From: Styela clava
Taxonomy: Eukaryota
Assembly (NCBI RefSeq): GCF_964204865.1
Contig: NC_135250.1
Coordinates: 6,882,001 to 6,946,000, forward strand
DNA: 64,000 nucleotides
Reading direction: 5' to 3'
Shown here: positions 26,324 through 40,274 of the stretch, piece by piece
Layout of the letters: the number at the start of each line of letters is the position of its first letter
Position numbering within the stretch: position 1 is the first letter of the stretch
Position numbers and translations under genes: made by a program
Notes under the pieces: generated by a model
Told to the model about the DNA's origin: nothing
Databases searched by the model: none
Seen by the model: only the letters and a program-made list of their open reading frames with translations

Positions 26324-26935
26324 GTAAATTCTCATTCCTACATATTAACTTTCGATTTCATATGATAACTAATCAAGCATCCATTTAAAAAAAATATTTG
26401 TACAACCGAGTCAGCCAAATAAGATATGACAAGCCTGACGTACGTAAGACCAGTCCAAATTTTTTGTAAGCTAAGCTTGCGAATTCAATCAGAAGATAAA
26501 GGCATTGATGAATAATCCGGTGTCTGACTCGGATGCGTTGTTGCTGCAGCGCAATATGTCTGATCAAAAGTCAATGTCTGGCCTGATACTTGGACTATGA
26601 TTTGTCGAATGAGGCGTTTAGCTTCGAACATAATTTCTACGACTTTTTTTTTTAAAAGGAAAAGGCAAAATCTACCTATAATTACCTATAATTATTAATT
26701 TTTATTGTTAAATGTTCTAGCAATTTTATTCTGCCCTCCTAAAGTAAAGGGCGATGTTATTAGTTATGACAAACTTATTTTATAACTTACATTTTCAAAT
26801 AGGTTATGCGATTACTGGGTTACTTTTCCGATATGTTTAGCATTGTATAACATCGATTATATATAATAGAAATAATATTTAGGTTTTATGTGAATATAAG
26901 CACCCTCGGTTAACAAATATGTAAACATTGGCATT

Positions 26936-29402
26936 TTAATAAGCAATTGTTTCTGGCATGCTAAATTTATGACAGCCCGATAAGTACAATGGAACTGCGC
27001 TCCAGCCACCACCGATAGTAACAAGTTTGTTGTGTACTCGTAGAATGTTTTCTGCAGTGGGATGTGGATTACGACTGTGAACCCATATATACTTTGGACC
27101 TGAAAAGAGAGAATTGGAAAGTTTTTATGACGTTACATTGTCAATGCAGAATAATCGACATCAATAAAATCGCTCGATTCGAAATGGCAACAACTGCTGC
27201 CTTTCCCTAATTAGTCATGGAAGCAAACCTGCTTACTTCCTCAATCAAAGCATTATAATTTATAAAAGTGATCATGAAATTGTCAGTTTTGATTTCACCA
27301 ATGGGAAAAGTGATTTTTACTTTACTATATTAAGAAGAGTACAATATAATGAATGATTCCCGAAGGTACGAGTTCTATTTCTGTGTAATGTCCATGAAAT
27401 ATTTTCGTAGGGTCAAGGTCGGCAAAACATGCACACCATTATGAGATGACAGCGAACGATTAGTTTCGGTGATCGATTTTATATAAGGTAATTGAGAATC
27501 GAAATATCTTCCCAATAATTAAAATCCGGCGTTTTCATATAAATCTTCAATGTTATGCTTAAATGAATCTATTTAATAACACGATAATATACTGACATTT
27601 GATTGCATTGAAACTGAAAGTGTTTAGGTAAATTCAATACTGACCTTCTTCACCACACTTCAAGCACATGAAATAATGCTCATAATCTGTGAAGCAACTC
27701 GTCGGCTGCTCATAAGTGTATCGAATCTCTACAATGCAAAAAAGTGTATTTATCAATCAGCCCTGTCACTATCTTCCTCTATGCATTAACGTTCGGCACA
27801 GATATCTAGTATAAAAATTGTAGCTCAAGAATACGTTTGTTCATTAGGAGTTCAACATTGACTGTGGCACAATCTTGCCTAGAAATTATATTTATCACCA
27901 AAAGCAGAGCACATTAGGTATTTACAAACTGAAGAATGTCTGTATCTTTCCGAGCCAATTCAAAAAAGATATTTAAAGCGTATACGTCTTCTTGTGAAAG
28001 ATAAATTAACGGTTCATGGCACTTAAAGCAGTAAAAAGAGTTAAAAGAAATATCATTGTTATATTTATTTTGAGTTACATGTTTTGTTATGATTGCTTTA
28101 TTATATATATATATTATGCTACATAGTTGTTTTTCGAGTGCATCTGATTTCATCAATTTTTTATCTAGAATAGTTTTTAGCAATGTAAAGGTATCATAAG
28201 AATTTACCTTCCAAAGCATGTTCACCTGCTCCGTTATGTTTTGCCAAATTCAACCACAAAAATTCTACAAAAAATAATCATTTGTTATAAAAGTTTAGAA
28301 TACTTTAAATATAAATTTAATAAGTACAAATATTTACGTGCCGAAACTTGTGTCGAATCTTGTGATTGAAGTTCCATTCTGATACCAACGGAATGGTATG
28401 ACTCCGCTGAGTGACATTGTACCTCTGTATAGAAAAAAAATCATATTAAACGTAAGCCCTACTGAAAATTCCATTTGTAACTTCCTTTATTTCAGTCGTG
28501 GAACATTTATTTATAAAAATTATAACGTATAACGCTCCCATTATTGGTTTATCGGATATCCGGCTGAGTAATTCCCTGCGTCTGTAGAATTCATTCCACT
28601 ATTATTTGTTACACCAGTTTGTCGGATGTTACAACTTTTATAAATCTTAAACTCAGAAATTATCAGACATATTTCTTCTGAGAGAAGCGATAGATTTATA
28701 GTCCTGATAGGGGTAACTTTGAATCAATATTAGGGTGCAAGCATAACTCAATCCGTAAAAAACTCGATACTAACCGGGCGAAAACGTTAAAAACAAAAAT
28801 ACGTCGGTATGTTTCATTTTGATCTTAAAGTCAAGCCATTTGAAAAGTTCACCTATCTCTATCGTCCGAATCTATTCGCTATTGTATTGTCAGTTGCTAA
28901 CGCCGCCGGTTAGCATACTTATTTAACTTCCATAATTCCGAAGACCTATTGGGCAGTCCATACCAAAACAGATTAGTAACCTTTTTATAATAAATTATTT
29001 ATGTATATCAAAATTATTTACTTTTCCGCTGATGAAATACCCTGGAATTCAGCAAAAATTCCGTCGGGAGTTTCTCTGAAATATTTGATCGCATAACATG
29101 GTACACCGTTGGTGGTTAGGATGTGATACCAAGAATCAGGAAGCTGCAATATAGTGATACAAGCTTTTTACAGGAGAAGCTGGAAAATATACCGCTGGTA
29201 GCGTAATTTGTACTTTTTTATCGCAAAGTATTTGTTCTTTCAACTCAATTCAATGATTTTTAATGCTCACCATATTATAATTGACTTCATCAGACACAGG
29301 CAATGCGCAGTTTTGGTTTTCACGACGGTATCCTGGTCTTCCAACTGTCGGGTTGAACAACGTGCAAACGATCAAAACGAAAACACAACTTGAAAAGATC
29401 AT
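26936..29402 (-). CDS. Secreted lipocalin (ApoD-like), copy F, intact, 213 aa
   Basis: Exons 29402-29271, 29143-29022 (in-frame 15-nt deletion), 28424-28342 (GC donor), 28264-28208, 27728-27645, 27099-26936. The frame is open. Confidence 0.82.
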
Positions 29403-30628
29403 TGTTATACGTTCGACTGTCTTCAACAAAAAGATAAAATAGATAAAGCAATATTAAATCAGGAATGTCAGAAAAAAGGAGTATACTTCCCTACGTTTTC
29501 CTCACGTGCTACTTAAAATGCAATGCACTGCACACGTTTCCAGGGCATGTTCAGCCTATGCAATATCAAAATGCAGACGTTACGATATTCTCTGTTTGTC
29601 AATAAGATCATTCTTGTAAATTCAGGCAAAGACAAGTCACGATAGAACAAGGAGCGATGCTCAAAGATATGGACTCAAATAAACCTAAAACACATGCACA
29701 CAAATCACTACCTTCAAAGTGCCTAACTTCGTATGAAGGACTTAATTTTGTGGTAACGTCACCATCTTCAATGCGTTTTAAATTTAACGAATGATATATT
29801 TATTTATGTAAAAACTTCTATCTAAATTAAAATAAGTAGAATAAGTCGCATTTTACTTGAGAAATGTCGCTTTTTACCCGTGGTTACAATGCATCCGAAA
29901 TAACTCCCATTGGCGACAACATGCAATGATATTGCTTGATGTTTTCTAAAATGTCATTTTCTTTATGGTATTTGCCTGCCTAACTTAAAACGCTAGAAAC
30001 TTCCACAAATAAGACATGTGTACTTGTTGTCGCATGCATATCTGTGCCACCGACCGAGTAAGCCAAAAAGATTGCACAAGCCTGACATTACACGTAGTGG
30101 CGCAACGTACGTGAAACCAGCCAACAACAACAATTTTGTGAGTTTATTCCTGCGAGTTTCATCGGAAGATCCGGTATCTGCCTCGGTTGCGCTATTGCTG
30201 TCGCCTGAAATGTCTTAACGAAAGTCAATGTCCCTCTTTCGGTTACTTAATCTACAATTAACCGTATGCGTCTATAGCTGGAACACACTTCATACATGGT
30301 TCCAACAACTTACGTGTTTTGCTAATGAAAAGACAAAAGATGACCTTAATTATTATTGTTGAAGGTTATATTAATTTCAATCCGGTGTCCTAAAGTTAAT
30401 CTTTTTTCAACAAAAAATTCATGAAAAGACATTATAATTTCTCTATTCAAATTTATCACGATTACTGGGTTACTTTTCGATATATTCAGCATTGTATAAC
30501 ATTAATTACTTGTAATAGATACTGTATAATATTGTGCAATTAAGTATTGCCTAAAACTTATTACAAATAAATTTGATAATAAGTTGATATTTAACTTGAT
30601 AATAAACTGATATTTCGACATTAACATT

Positions 30629-32799
30629 TTAGTAAGCAATGGTTTCTGGCATGCTAAATTTACGACAGCCTGATAAGTACAGGGGAACTGCGCTCCAGCC
30701 ACCACCGACTGTAACTAGCTTGTTGTGCACTCGTAGAATATCTTCTGCAGTGGGATGAGGATTACGACTTGTAACCCATATGTATCTTTGACCTAAAAAG
30801 AATTGCAAATTAGTTTTCATGTTACCATGTCAATACAAGAAATCGGTGTTAATAAAATCACTTGTTTAGAAACTTGTTGCAACAATCGCCGCCCTCCCCT
30901 AGTGACCATGGAAACAAACCAGGTTCCTTCTTATGAGCGCAGTTTGAAAGAGATTATGAAATTTTGATTTTGCCCTCGAAGAACGTTGTTTTCAACTAAC
31001 TATTTAGAAAAGAGTGCAATGAATGTTTCCTCCAGATGCAAGTTGTATATTCATTTTTGTGACAATGTCCAATCGGCAAAAAAGCAGGACTGATGTTACG
31101 AGTGGCATTTTTAAACAGTCATTCAGACACTATTTTCACTTCAACGAATTATCAAGCGCGATTTTGAACGTTTATTCGTTTTTGTGGTTCTAATGATTAT
31201 TCTTCAGTTTTTAGTCATGGTATAAAAATGGGAGTATAAATTAAAGCAGAGAAGTGTCAAGCCAAAATCCATACTTACCTTCTCCACCACACTTCAAGCA
31301 CATGAAATAATGCTCATAATCTGTGAAGCAACTCATCGGATGCTCGGAGAAATACTGAATTTCTGCAATACATAAAAATATAAATATTGATAAGCTCTGA
31401 CACTATTTTCCTCTATGCATTCACGTTCAGCACAGACGTCCGATATAAAGGTTGTTGTAAAAGATAAGTTTAACATAAATATTCACCTTTGACGCTTTTT
31501 CGGACTTTGGCACTCACTTGTTTTGGAGCAATTAATAATAAGACAGGAAATGCAATTTTTGTATTTACAAACTAAAGAATGTAGAGATCTTTCCGAGCCG
31601 ATTCAAAAAAGATAATGAAGGCCTAAACATCTTCACGAAAATATAAATAATGATTCATGGCACTTAGGAGCCGGAAAATAAATACATTTTGAGATACAGT
31701 ATTAGTTTCGATTGTCGTGTTATATATATCGCTACATAATTGTATTGGATATAATATTTCCTAACAATGCAAATAATAGTCAAAGTCATCATAAAAGTTT
31801 ACTTTTTAAGGCATTTGAACCTGCCCCGTTGTGTTTTGCCTCATTCAACCACAAAAATTCTGAAATAACATAAAAATTTACATATTATCAATGTTTATAC
31901 TTTATAACATAAATTTAATGAGTAAAAACTTATTTCTAACCAAAACTTGTGTCGTATCTTGTGATTGAAGTTCCATTGTGATACCAATGAATTGGTATGA
32001 CTCCGTTGAGTGACATTGCATCTCTGCATATCAAGAAAAAAAATTATATCAATCCTAAGTTTTCACTCGGTTAACTGAAAATCCTTGAGGCGGATTTTTT
32101 AATTTTATTTTTTGAAAGTTATTTTGTATAACAATATCAATTCCACCATTAGCACATCAGATCTCAATGTGATTGCCAAAGTCTAGAAAATCCAATATAC
32201 TATCAGACATGTTTCCATCAAAGAAAGATGGTTATAATCCTGGTGGTTTGGAGAAACTTTATTGCAGTAACCGGGTGCAGGACAAAAATAAAGTAGCTAC
32301 CAGCGCCATACATTTGACTACTGTGATACCAAAGTTCTGAATAAACCAACCAATTTAACAATATGCTCTCAAATCATCCACAAATGCATTAAAATTCTTC
32401 TTTACTTTTCTACTGATGAAATATCTTGAAATTCTGCAAAAGTCCCGTCGGAAGTATCTTTAAAATATTTGATAGCATAACATGGGACGTGTTGTTCAAC
32501 TGGATCATTGGTGTTCAGAATATGGTACCAAGAATCAGGAAGCTGGAATATAATGATACAAGATTTTTACAGAAAAGCTGGAAAATTGAAATGATACAGC
32601 TGGTGGCGCATTTTGTCAAGTAATTTTTCTTTCAACTCAGCTCAACAATTTTCATTCATACTTTTACCATATTATAATTGACTTCATCAAACACGGGCAA
32701 TGCGCAATTTTCGTTTTCACAACGATATCCTGGTTTTCCATCTGCCGGGTTGAACAACAAGCAAACGATCAAAATGGAGACAAAACTTGAAAAGATCAT
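30629..32799 (-). CDS. Secreted lipocalin (ApoD-like), copy G, intact, 218 aa, with the most divergent introns
   Basis: Exons 32799-32668, 32542-32406, 32023-31941, 31859-31803, 31362-31279, 30792-30629. All introns are GT-AG and the frame is open. An extra Cys occurs in KPGYRCENENC. Confidence 0.87.
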
Positions 32800-33552
32800 T
32801 GTTACTCGTCCGACTGTCTTTAACGAAACGATTGCATATGCCCAGATAAAACAATATCAAATCGCAAATGCCGACAAAGTTACGACAAAGTTGTTCGCTG
32901 CGTTTTTCTCACATGCTACTTGAAATGCAAAACATATTACGCTCGTTTCCACTGCAATTTCAGATCATTCAATACCACAATGCAGACGTTACGAGATTCT
33001 TTGTTTGTTAAGGACATCATTCGTGTCAATTCAGGCAAAAACAAAGTCACGGCAAAATAAGAAGCGATGCCTATTGGACTCGAAAATATATACAGACAAA
33101 TCACTACCTTCGAAGTGCCTAACTTTCTATGAAGGCCCTTATTTCAAAGGATAACTCCATCATCTTCAACGCAATTTCAAATTTACCAAATGATACTTTT
33201 GTTTAAAATTTATATTCTATCTTTAAAATTTAAAATAAGTGAAAAAAAGTCGCATTTTACTTCAGTAATGTCGCTTTTCATCTGCGGTTAGAATGCATCC
33301 GAAATAACTCCTATCGGCGACAATATGCAATGATATTGCTTGATGTTTTCTAAAATGCCATTTACTTTATGGTATTTGTCTGCTCAACTTAAAACGCTAG
33401 AAATGAGACTTGTGGACTTGTCGTCGCATGCATATCTGTGCAAGCGACGACCGACCGAGTAAGCCAAAAAGATTGCACGAGCCTGACATGACACGTGGTG
33501 GCGCAACGTACGTGAAACCAACCAACAACAACAATATTGGGAATTTTTATTC

Positions 33553-35843
33553 ATTTTGTGAAGGGACTTTGAGCAAAACACAGAGAAGGGGATTTATAAA
33601 CCTTCTTCCCAAGAAAGCGCAAACCGAACATTATATAAGCAATTACCGCCCAATAACTTTATTGAACGTGGATTATGAAATATTGAGTAAAACATTAACA
33701 AACCAAATGAGTAATGTAATCAACAAAATTGTTGATCTTGATCAAACTGGAATTATTAAAGGGAAGAATATAGGGGATAATATTCGACTGATCTGTGATA
33801 TAATTGAACTAACTGTTGCTGAATCATTGCCTGGGGCTTTAATTTTTCTGGATATACAAAAAGCGTATGATAGTGTGAAATGGGATTTCTTGTCCAAATT
33901 TCTACATGTATTTGGATTTGATATTAAATTCATAAAATAGGTTTAAAATTCTTTACAATGATATCAAGTGTTGTGTCACAAGGAATGATCATATTTCAAA
34001 TGATTTTGTAATTCATGGAGGCTTAAGGCAAGGTGATTCTTTCAGCTGTCTCACATTTATACTAGTAATCGAAATAAATGCAAACATGGTCAGGCAAAAC
34101 CCAAAAATTGCATTCATACAATGGAGGGGTATTTGTATAAAATTTTTTATGCTCGCTGATGATGTGACTGTGATAACCAATGAATCAAAACTTAGTATTC
34201 ATGCTTTTTTTCAGACTTCAAATATTTTTGGGACTATATCTGGGTGCAGAATCAATATAGCAAAATTCCAAGCAATGTATATTGGCACTAATATTGAAAC
34301 CTCTCCGATTAGTAGTGATTGTGATTTGAATTAGAACAGTGAAATAAAAATATTGGGTGTTATTCTGTCAAACAAAAGAGACAAAGTCAAAAATCTACTC
34401 CAGGTGTAGAAAACAAAAAATTTGAGTTTTTTGGGAAGGGTTTGCTTTATTAAGTCTTTCATTCTACCCCAGATATTATACCATGAAACAGTTTTACCAA
34501 CTGATATTCCTGAAGTTTCTTAACTGAATTGAATATAACCATATATGCATTTTATGGGGTTCAACTTGGAAGCGGATCAAACGAAATACATTGATTGTCC
34601 CCAAAGAAAAAGGAGGTATTGATATGATAGATATAATTTTTTTTATTGTTGACCAGAAAATGAAATACATTCAAACACTCTTGAATAGGGAAGTTAACCC
34701 AGTGCAATGCTTGAAGAAAAATTGTTTTCAAATTCATATGGTATGAAGCATTTACCTTTAATTAACATCCATAGGCGAAATGTTTAAAAACTGGTATTTC
34801 TGTAAAAATGTGCTCTTCGATTGGAAAATGTCAAATTTTTTATCAACCTATATGATACAACAAAAGTATTTCTTATTCCAGAAAAGAATTTTTTTATAAA
34901 ATCTTGGTATGATCATGGTATAAATGCAGAAAGAAAATTAGCAAATGTAGGTAATTTGTTTACTCATAGAGAGTTGACTGAAAATATAGCATGCAATATA
35001 GTGATGAAAAGTATGTATATTATTATCGCGTCACTGGAGTTTTACTTGATTATTGGTTATGCAATATTGGAAACTGTATTGGTTTTAGTGTATTAAGTGA
35101 CCCTGAACAGAAAGTATCTCATTTTATTTCTGAAACAAGCGAATCAGAAAAAGTAAATAAAAGTATCTATGAAAAGTTGAACTTGATCAAATTTATATCT
35201 CCTGATAAATCAAGAAAAACATGATCCAATCTGTTTTTTCAGAGAGTGATTTTAATTGGAATAAATTGCATATGGATGCCTTTTATTGTACTATTGAAAC
35301 TAAATTGCAATCTTTCATGTGAAGACGTCCCATGGTGCCATAGTACTAAACGATAGATTGCATAAATTTAAACTTGTTTCATCAGAGTTATGTGATTTCT
35401 GTCATTCTAATGTTGAAACTACTAGCCACTTTCTCTATGAAAAGTTTTGGGAATCTCTGAACATGTGGACATATTCAAAAATGGGATTAATTTTAACTTT
35501 TCAAGGAGACATTGCATGTTGGGATATGTTTGTAATTTTTATAACAAATTTTGTAATTGTTTACTTTTTGCTGCCGGTTTTATCTATATCGTTGTAAAAT
35601 ACAGAAAAAGAAATCGCTGTTCAAGGTTTTTACCTGATATCTGTATGAAGTGAAGGAAATTGAACGGTTCATTGCATATAAAAATGGCAAAATAAAGAAA
35701 CATTTCAGGATGAATGCACAATAATTGATGGTTTTATATGATGAATTGTGATTGTGTATTTTCTATGATTAGTGATTAATAATGTTGTAGATGTACTGAT
35801 CAACTATGTTTTATATATTAATAAATATACATGGGAAAATAAA
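33553..35843 (+). mobile_element. 5'-truncated, decayed non-LTR retrotransposon (L1/Tx1-like ORF2: RT plus C-terminal Cys/His finger)
   Basis: RT motifs LLPK..NYRPITLLNVDY, DQTG, LDIQKAYDSV, GLRQGD and LADD are present, plus CDFC..ETTSH near 35390. It has many stops and frameshifts and an AATAAA-rich 3' end. An imperfect ~18-20-bp TSD (33533-33552 / 35844-35861) interrupts the conserved spacer. Confidence 0.9.
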
Positions 35844-37658
35844 AATTTTAGGAATTTATTCTTGCGAGTTTCATCGGAAGATCTACATGTGAAGCGATGC
35901 AGTGTCCGGTATCTGCCTCGGTTGCGCTATTACTATCGCCTGAAATCTCTTCACGAAAGTCAATGTCTCGCGGCTACCTAGTCTACGATGAACCGTAACA
36001 CACTTCATCCAGGGTCCCAACAACTTGCGTGTTTCGCTAATGAAAAGACAAAAGATGACGTTAATTAGTATTGTTGAAGGTTATATTAATTTCAATCTGG
36101 TGTCCTAAAGTTGACCTTTCTCTTAACAATATTTATGAAAAGATATTGTTCCTGCCCTGTTAAAATTTATCACGATAATTGGGTTATTTTTCGATAGGTT
36201 TAACATTGTATATCATTAATTACATATAATAGATATAATATTGTATATTTGGACATGGAATGGAACGCAACTTGTGGCGGTTTACGTTAGTTGTGAAGAC
36301 TGCGGTACCGGCGGCCTACTGTGTCAAATTGCATACTTGTACTTGTACCCTTTCGTTTCTGCTTTCGTGTCCATATATCTGAGAATCTCGTATAATAATT
36401 GTTTTATAATGACAAACGCTTCTCTCTTCAACTACTGTACCAATTGCTTTGAAATTTTTTAGTGAGTAAATATTGTATTTGTCGCTTGGAAGAGATATTG
36501 CTTTTATTTATTTCAACAATTTCGTGTCCTCTATTGGATTCATTTTTCACTTCAAACATTTGTGTGGTGGCGTCATCAAGTTCAAAAATTGCGTGCCGTG
36601 GTTCCGTGATCCGATCTCAGTGATTTGATTGTCAGACTACCGGTACTGTGGAAGATGGGATTCTACTTCGTTTTGGCTTTTGTGCACATATATTTGAGCA
36701 TTGCTCTCTTTCTGGATATGTATTGGACCTATGGATCGTTTTAATATTATGTTGTTGTTGCTCTTGGTATTTTCCCTCATATCGTAAATCGAAAATATCG
36801 CTTTTCTCTTTTTGACTTCTGGACCAATTACTTTGAAATGTTCAGTTGTTAAAGATTGAATTTTTCGCTAGAAGGCCATTACTTTTATTTATTCCAAATA
36901 TTTCTGTGAGCTGTATGGTATTTGCTTTTGTGTGAAATGACGTCACGAAAAAAAAGCTACAACAGTCCTTGTACCCCGATACAGGTACTACCGTACTGGT
37001 AAGTTACTTCACATGATTTTGGGAATTTTTTATATGGTTTGGTAGACTGCGGTATCTGATAATACAGAAGTGCTTCGAATTAGTTGGTATTTCAATTCAC
37101 GTTGAAACTGAATTATGAAGAATGGATCATCGTCACAGGACCCAGTTCCAGTACCGTGATACAGGTACCAATAAATTACCGTATATGATTTTCGTGGAAT
37201 TAGTGATAAAATATTTCGCTTTTCCCTCCGTGTCCACAAATATGAGCATAGTTCTCTTGTTGAAGTCTGGCCTGCTATATAGCCTACGATTACCCTATGA
37301 GACGTGTACCTGAGTTCCCACGACTTGAGTTTTTTGCAAATGAAAAAATAAAAGATGTTAAATGTTCTAGTAATTTTTATTTCTTGGCCTAAAGTTAAAC
37401 TTTTTTAAACTAAGGATTTAGGAAAGGATCACCAAATACTGTTACTGTCCAAATTCACCAATTACCGACGATTCGTTACATGGTTAGTTGTAACAAATAG
37501 GTTTTCCATGTCAAAAATATGTAAAATTGAAATATATAATTTCAAATAAACGATCACTCGGTTGCGTTAACATTGTATGGCAATATTTACATATAATAGA
37601 TAAAATATTCATATTTGGTAAACACAAATAAACTTGGTTAAAAAATATGTAGACATTA

Positions 37659-39621
37659 TTAGTAAGCAATTGTTTCTGGCATGCTAAATTTACGACAGTC
37701 GGATAAGAACAAGAGAACTGCGCTCCATCCACCACCGATTGTAACAAGCTTGTTGTGAACTCGTAGAATGTCTTCTGCAATGGGATGTGGATTACGACTG
37801 TGAACCCATATATACTTTGGACCTGAAAAAAGAGAATTGAAAAGTATTTATGATGGTACATTGTCAATGCAGAATGATCGACAATAATAAAATTAATATT
37901 TAAAATGGCAACAATTAATGCCTTTCCCAAATCAAAGCGATCATGAAATTTTTAGTTTCAATTTCTTCAATGGAAAACGTGATTTTTACCTCACTATTCT
38001 AAAAAGAGTACAATATGATGAATGTTCACCGGGGGTTCAAATTATATGTCTATTTCTATGTCAATGTTCATCGAGAATATTTTCGTGGGGTCGAGGGTCG
38101 GCAAAACATCCATAATATTGACAGATGATAACGAACAATTGTATTGCAGCTGAGAGTGTTTTGCTGAAATCAATACTGACCTTCTCCACCACACTGCAAG
38201 CACATGAGATAATGCTCATAATCTGTTAAGCAACTCATAGGATGTTCGTTAATGTAATGAATCTCTGTAAAACATGAAAGTATTTATTTGATTAGCTCTG
38301 TCACTATCTTCCTCTGTGCATTCACGTACGTCACAGATACCTAGTACAAAGATTGTTTGTTAATTAGGAGTTCAACATTTTGTTTACATTTGGCACTATC
38401 TTGTTTAAAAGTAATATTTATCACCAAAAGCAGCGTTAGGCATTTACGATCGGAAGAATGTCTGTAAATTTCCGAGTCAATCCAAAAAAGATAACTAGAC
38501 CGTATATATACAACTTCTTGTGAAAGAAAAATTGACAAATTCATACCACTTGAAGCAGGAAAAAGATTTGGAAAAAAAGTCTTTCTTATATATATTCATT
38601 TTGAGATACATGTTTTTGCTATAATTGCCTCATTATATATATTTGCTACGTGGTTGTTTCTCGAGTGCATCTGCCTTGATCAATTTTTAGCAATGTGAAA
38701 TATAACGAAAATAAAAGTTATAAGAATTTACCTTCCAAAGCATGTTCACTTGCTCCGTTAAGATTTGCAAAATTCAACCACAAAAATTCTACAAAAAATA
38801 TCATTTGTTATAGAAGTTTAGAATACTTTAAATATAAATTTAATAAGTACAAATATTTACGTGCCAAAACTTGTGTCAAATCTTGTGATTGAAGTTCCAT
38901 TCTGATACCAACGGAATGGTATGACTCCGCTTAGTGACATTGTACCTCTGCGTTGCAAAAATCATGTTAAACGTAAGCCCTCAATCAGAAAACTGAAAAT
39001 TCCATTTCTAACTTTCTTTATGTCAGTCTTGAAACATTTATTTACCAGTGTTATATCGTATACCCCTCCCAGCAATATTTCATCGGGGATCCGATTGGGC
39101 TAATTTGACTCCTATTATCCCGAAGACTTCAGAACAGTGCTCACAGAAATCGATTAGTAGGTAACCATTTTATAATAAATTATCTATGTATATCAAAATT
39201 CTTTACTTATCCGCCGATGAAATTTCCTGGAATTCAGCAAAAATTCCGTGGGGAGTTTCTTTAAAATATCTGAATGCATTACATGGCACACCGCGTTCAA
39301 CTTGATCCTTGGTGTTCAGAATTTGATACCATGAATCAGAAAGCTAGAATAGAGTGATATAAGATTTTCACAGAAGAATCTGCCAGATCAAATGATACAG
39401 CGAAATTAAATTCCTTCAATCGCTAGGCAATTTTTCTTTCTAAGCAATTCTTCTTTTAACTCAATTCAATAATTTTCCCTAATGCTTACCATATTATAAT
39501 TGACTTCATCAAATACAGGCAATGCGCAATTTTCGTTTTCACGGCGGTATCTTGGTTTTCCAACTGCCGGGTTGAACAACAAGCAAACGATCAAAATGGA
39601 GACACTACTTGAGAACATCAT
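37659..39621 (-). CDS. Secreted lipocalin (ApoD-like), copy H, intact, 218 aa
   Basis: Exons 39621-39490, 39343-39207, 38947-38865 (GC donor), 38788-38732, 38264-38181, 37822-37659. The frame is open. Confidence 0.83.
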
Positions 39622-40274
39622 TGGTCTTAAACGAAATGAGAAAGTATGTCTAGATAGAGCAATATTAAATCGAAAATGTCAGCTGAAGGGAGTATACTTC
39701 CCTACGTTTTCTTCACGTGCTACTTAACATATAATGCACTGCACACGTTTCCACTGCATGTTCAGTCTATGCAATATCGAAATGCAGACGTTACGAGATT
39801 TTCTGTTTGTCAATAAGATCATTCTTGTCAATTCAGGCAAAGAAAATCCCGAACAAGGAGCGATGCTCAAAGATATGGTCTCGAATAAACCTAAAATATA
39901 TGCACGAAAATCACTACCTTCAATGTGCCTAACTTCGTATAAGAACCCCAATTTCAAAGTAACGTCACCATCTTCAATTCGGTGTCAAATTTAACGAATA
40001 ATACATTTATTTATTATGTGAAATTTATATTCTATCTATAAAAATGAAAATAAATTACATTTAGGTTAAGAAGTATCCAAAATAATTCCCATTGGCGACA
40101 GTATGAGGTAATATTGCTAATTCTATATTGATGTTTCCTAAAACGTCATTCATTTCATAGTATTTGTCTGTTTAAACGCCAGAAATTTCCACAAATGAGG
40201 CGCGCGGTCTCATCGTCGCACGCCTATATGCGCAACCGAGCGAGTCAGCCGAAAAAGATTAGGCAAACCACGTG

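Noticed and set aside
37511-37930. Recurrent ORFs GFTVVIHIPLQKTFYEFTTSLLQSVVAGAQFPC
   Set aside because: This is an alternative frame of exon 6. Splice phase, the WxxSR motif and the fixed AY* stop identify the other frame as coding.
39734-39994. Recurrent upstream ORFs MQTLRDSLFVNDIILVNSGK as a possible divergent partner gene
   Set aside because: Stops and frameshifting indels differ between copies and no consistent splice sites were found. The similarity is explained by recent duplication of the 5' flank.
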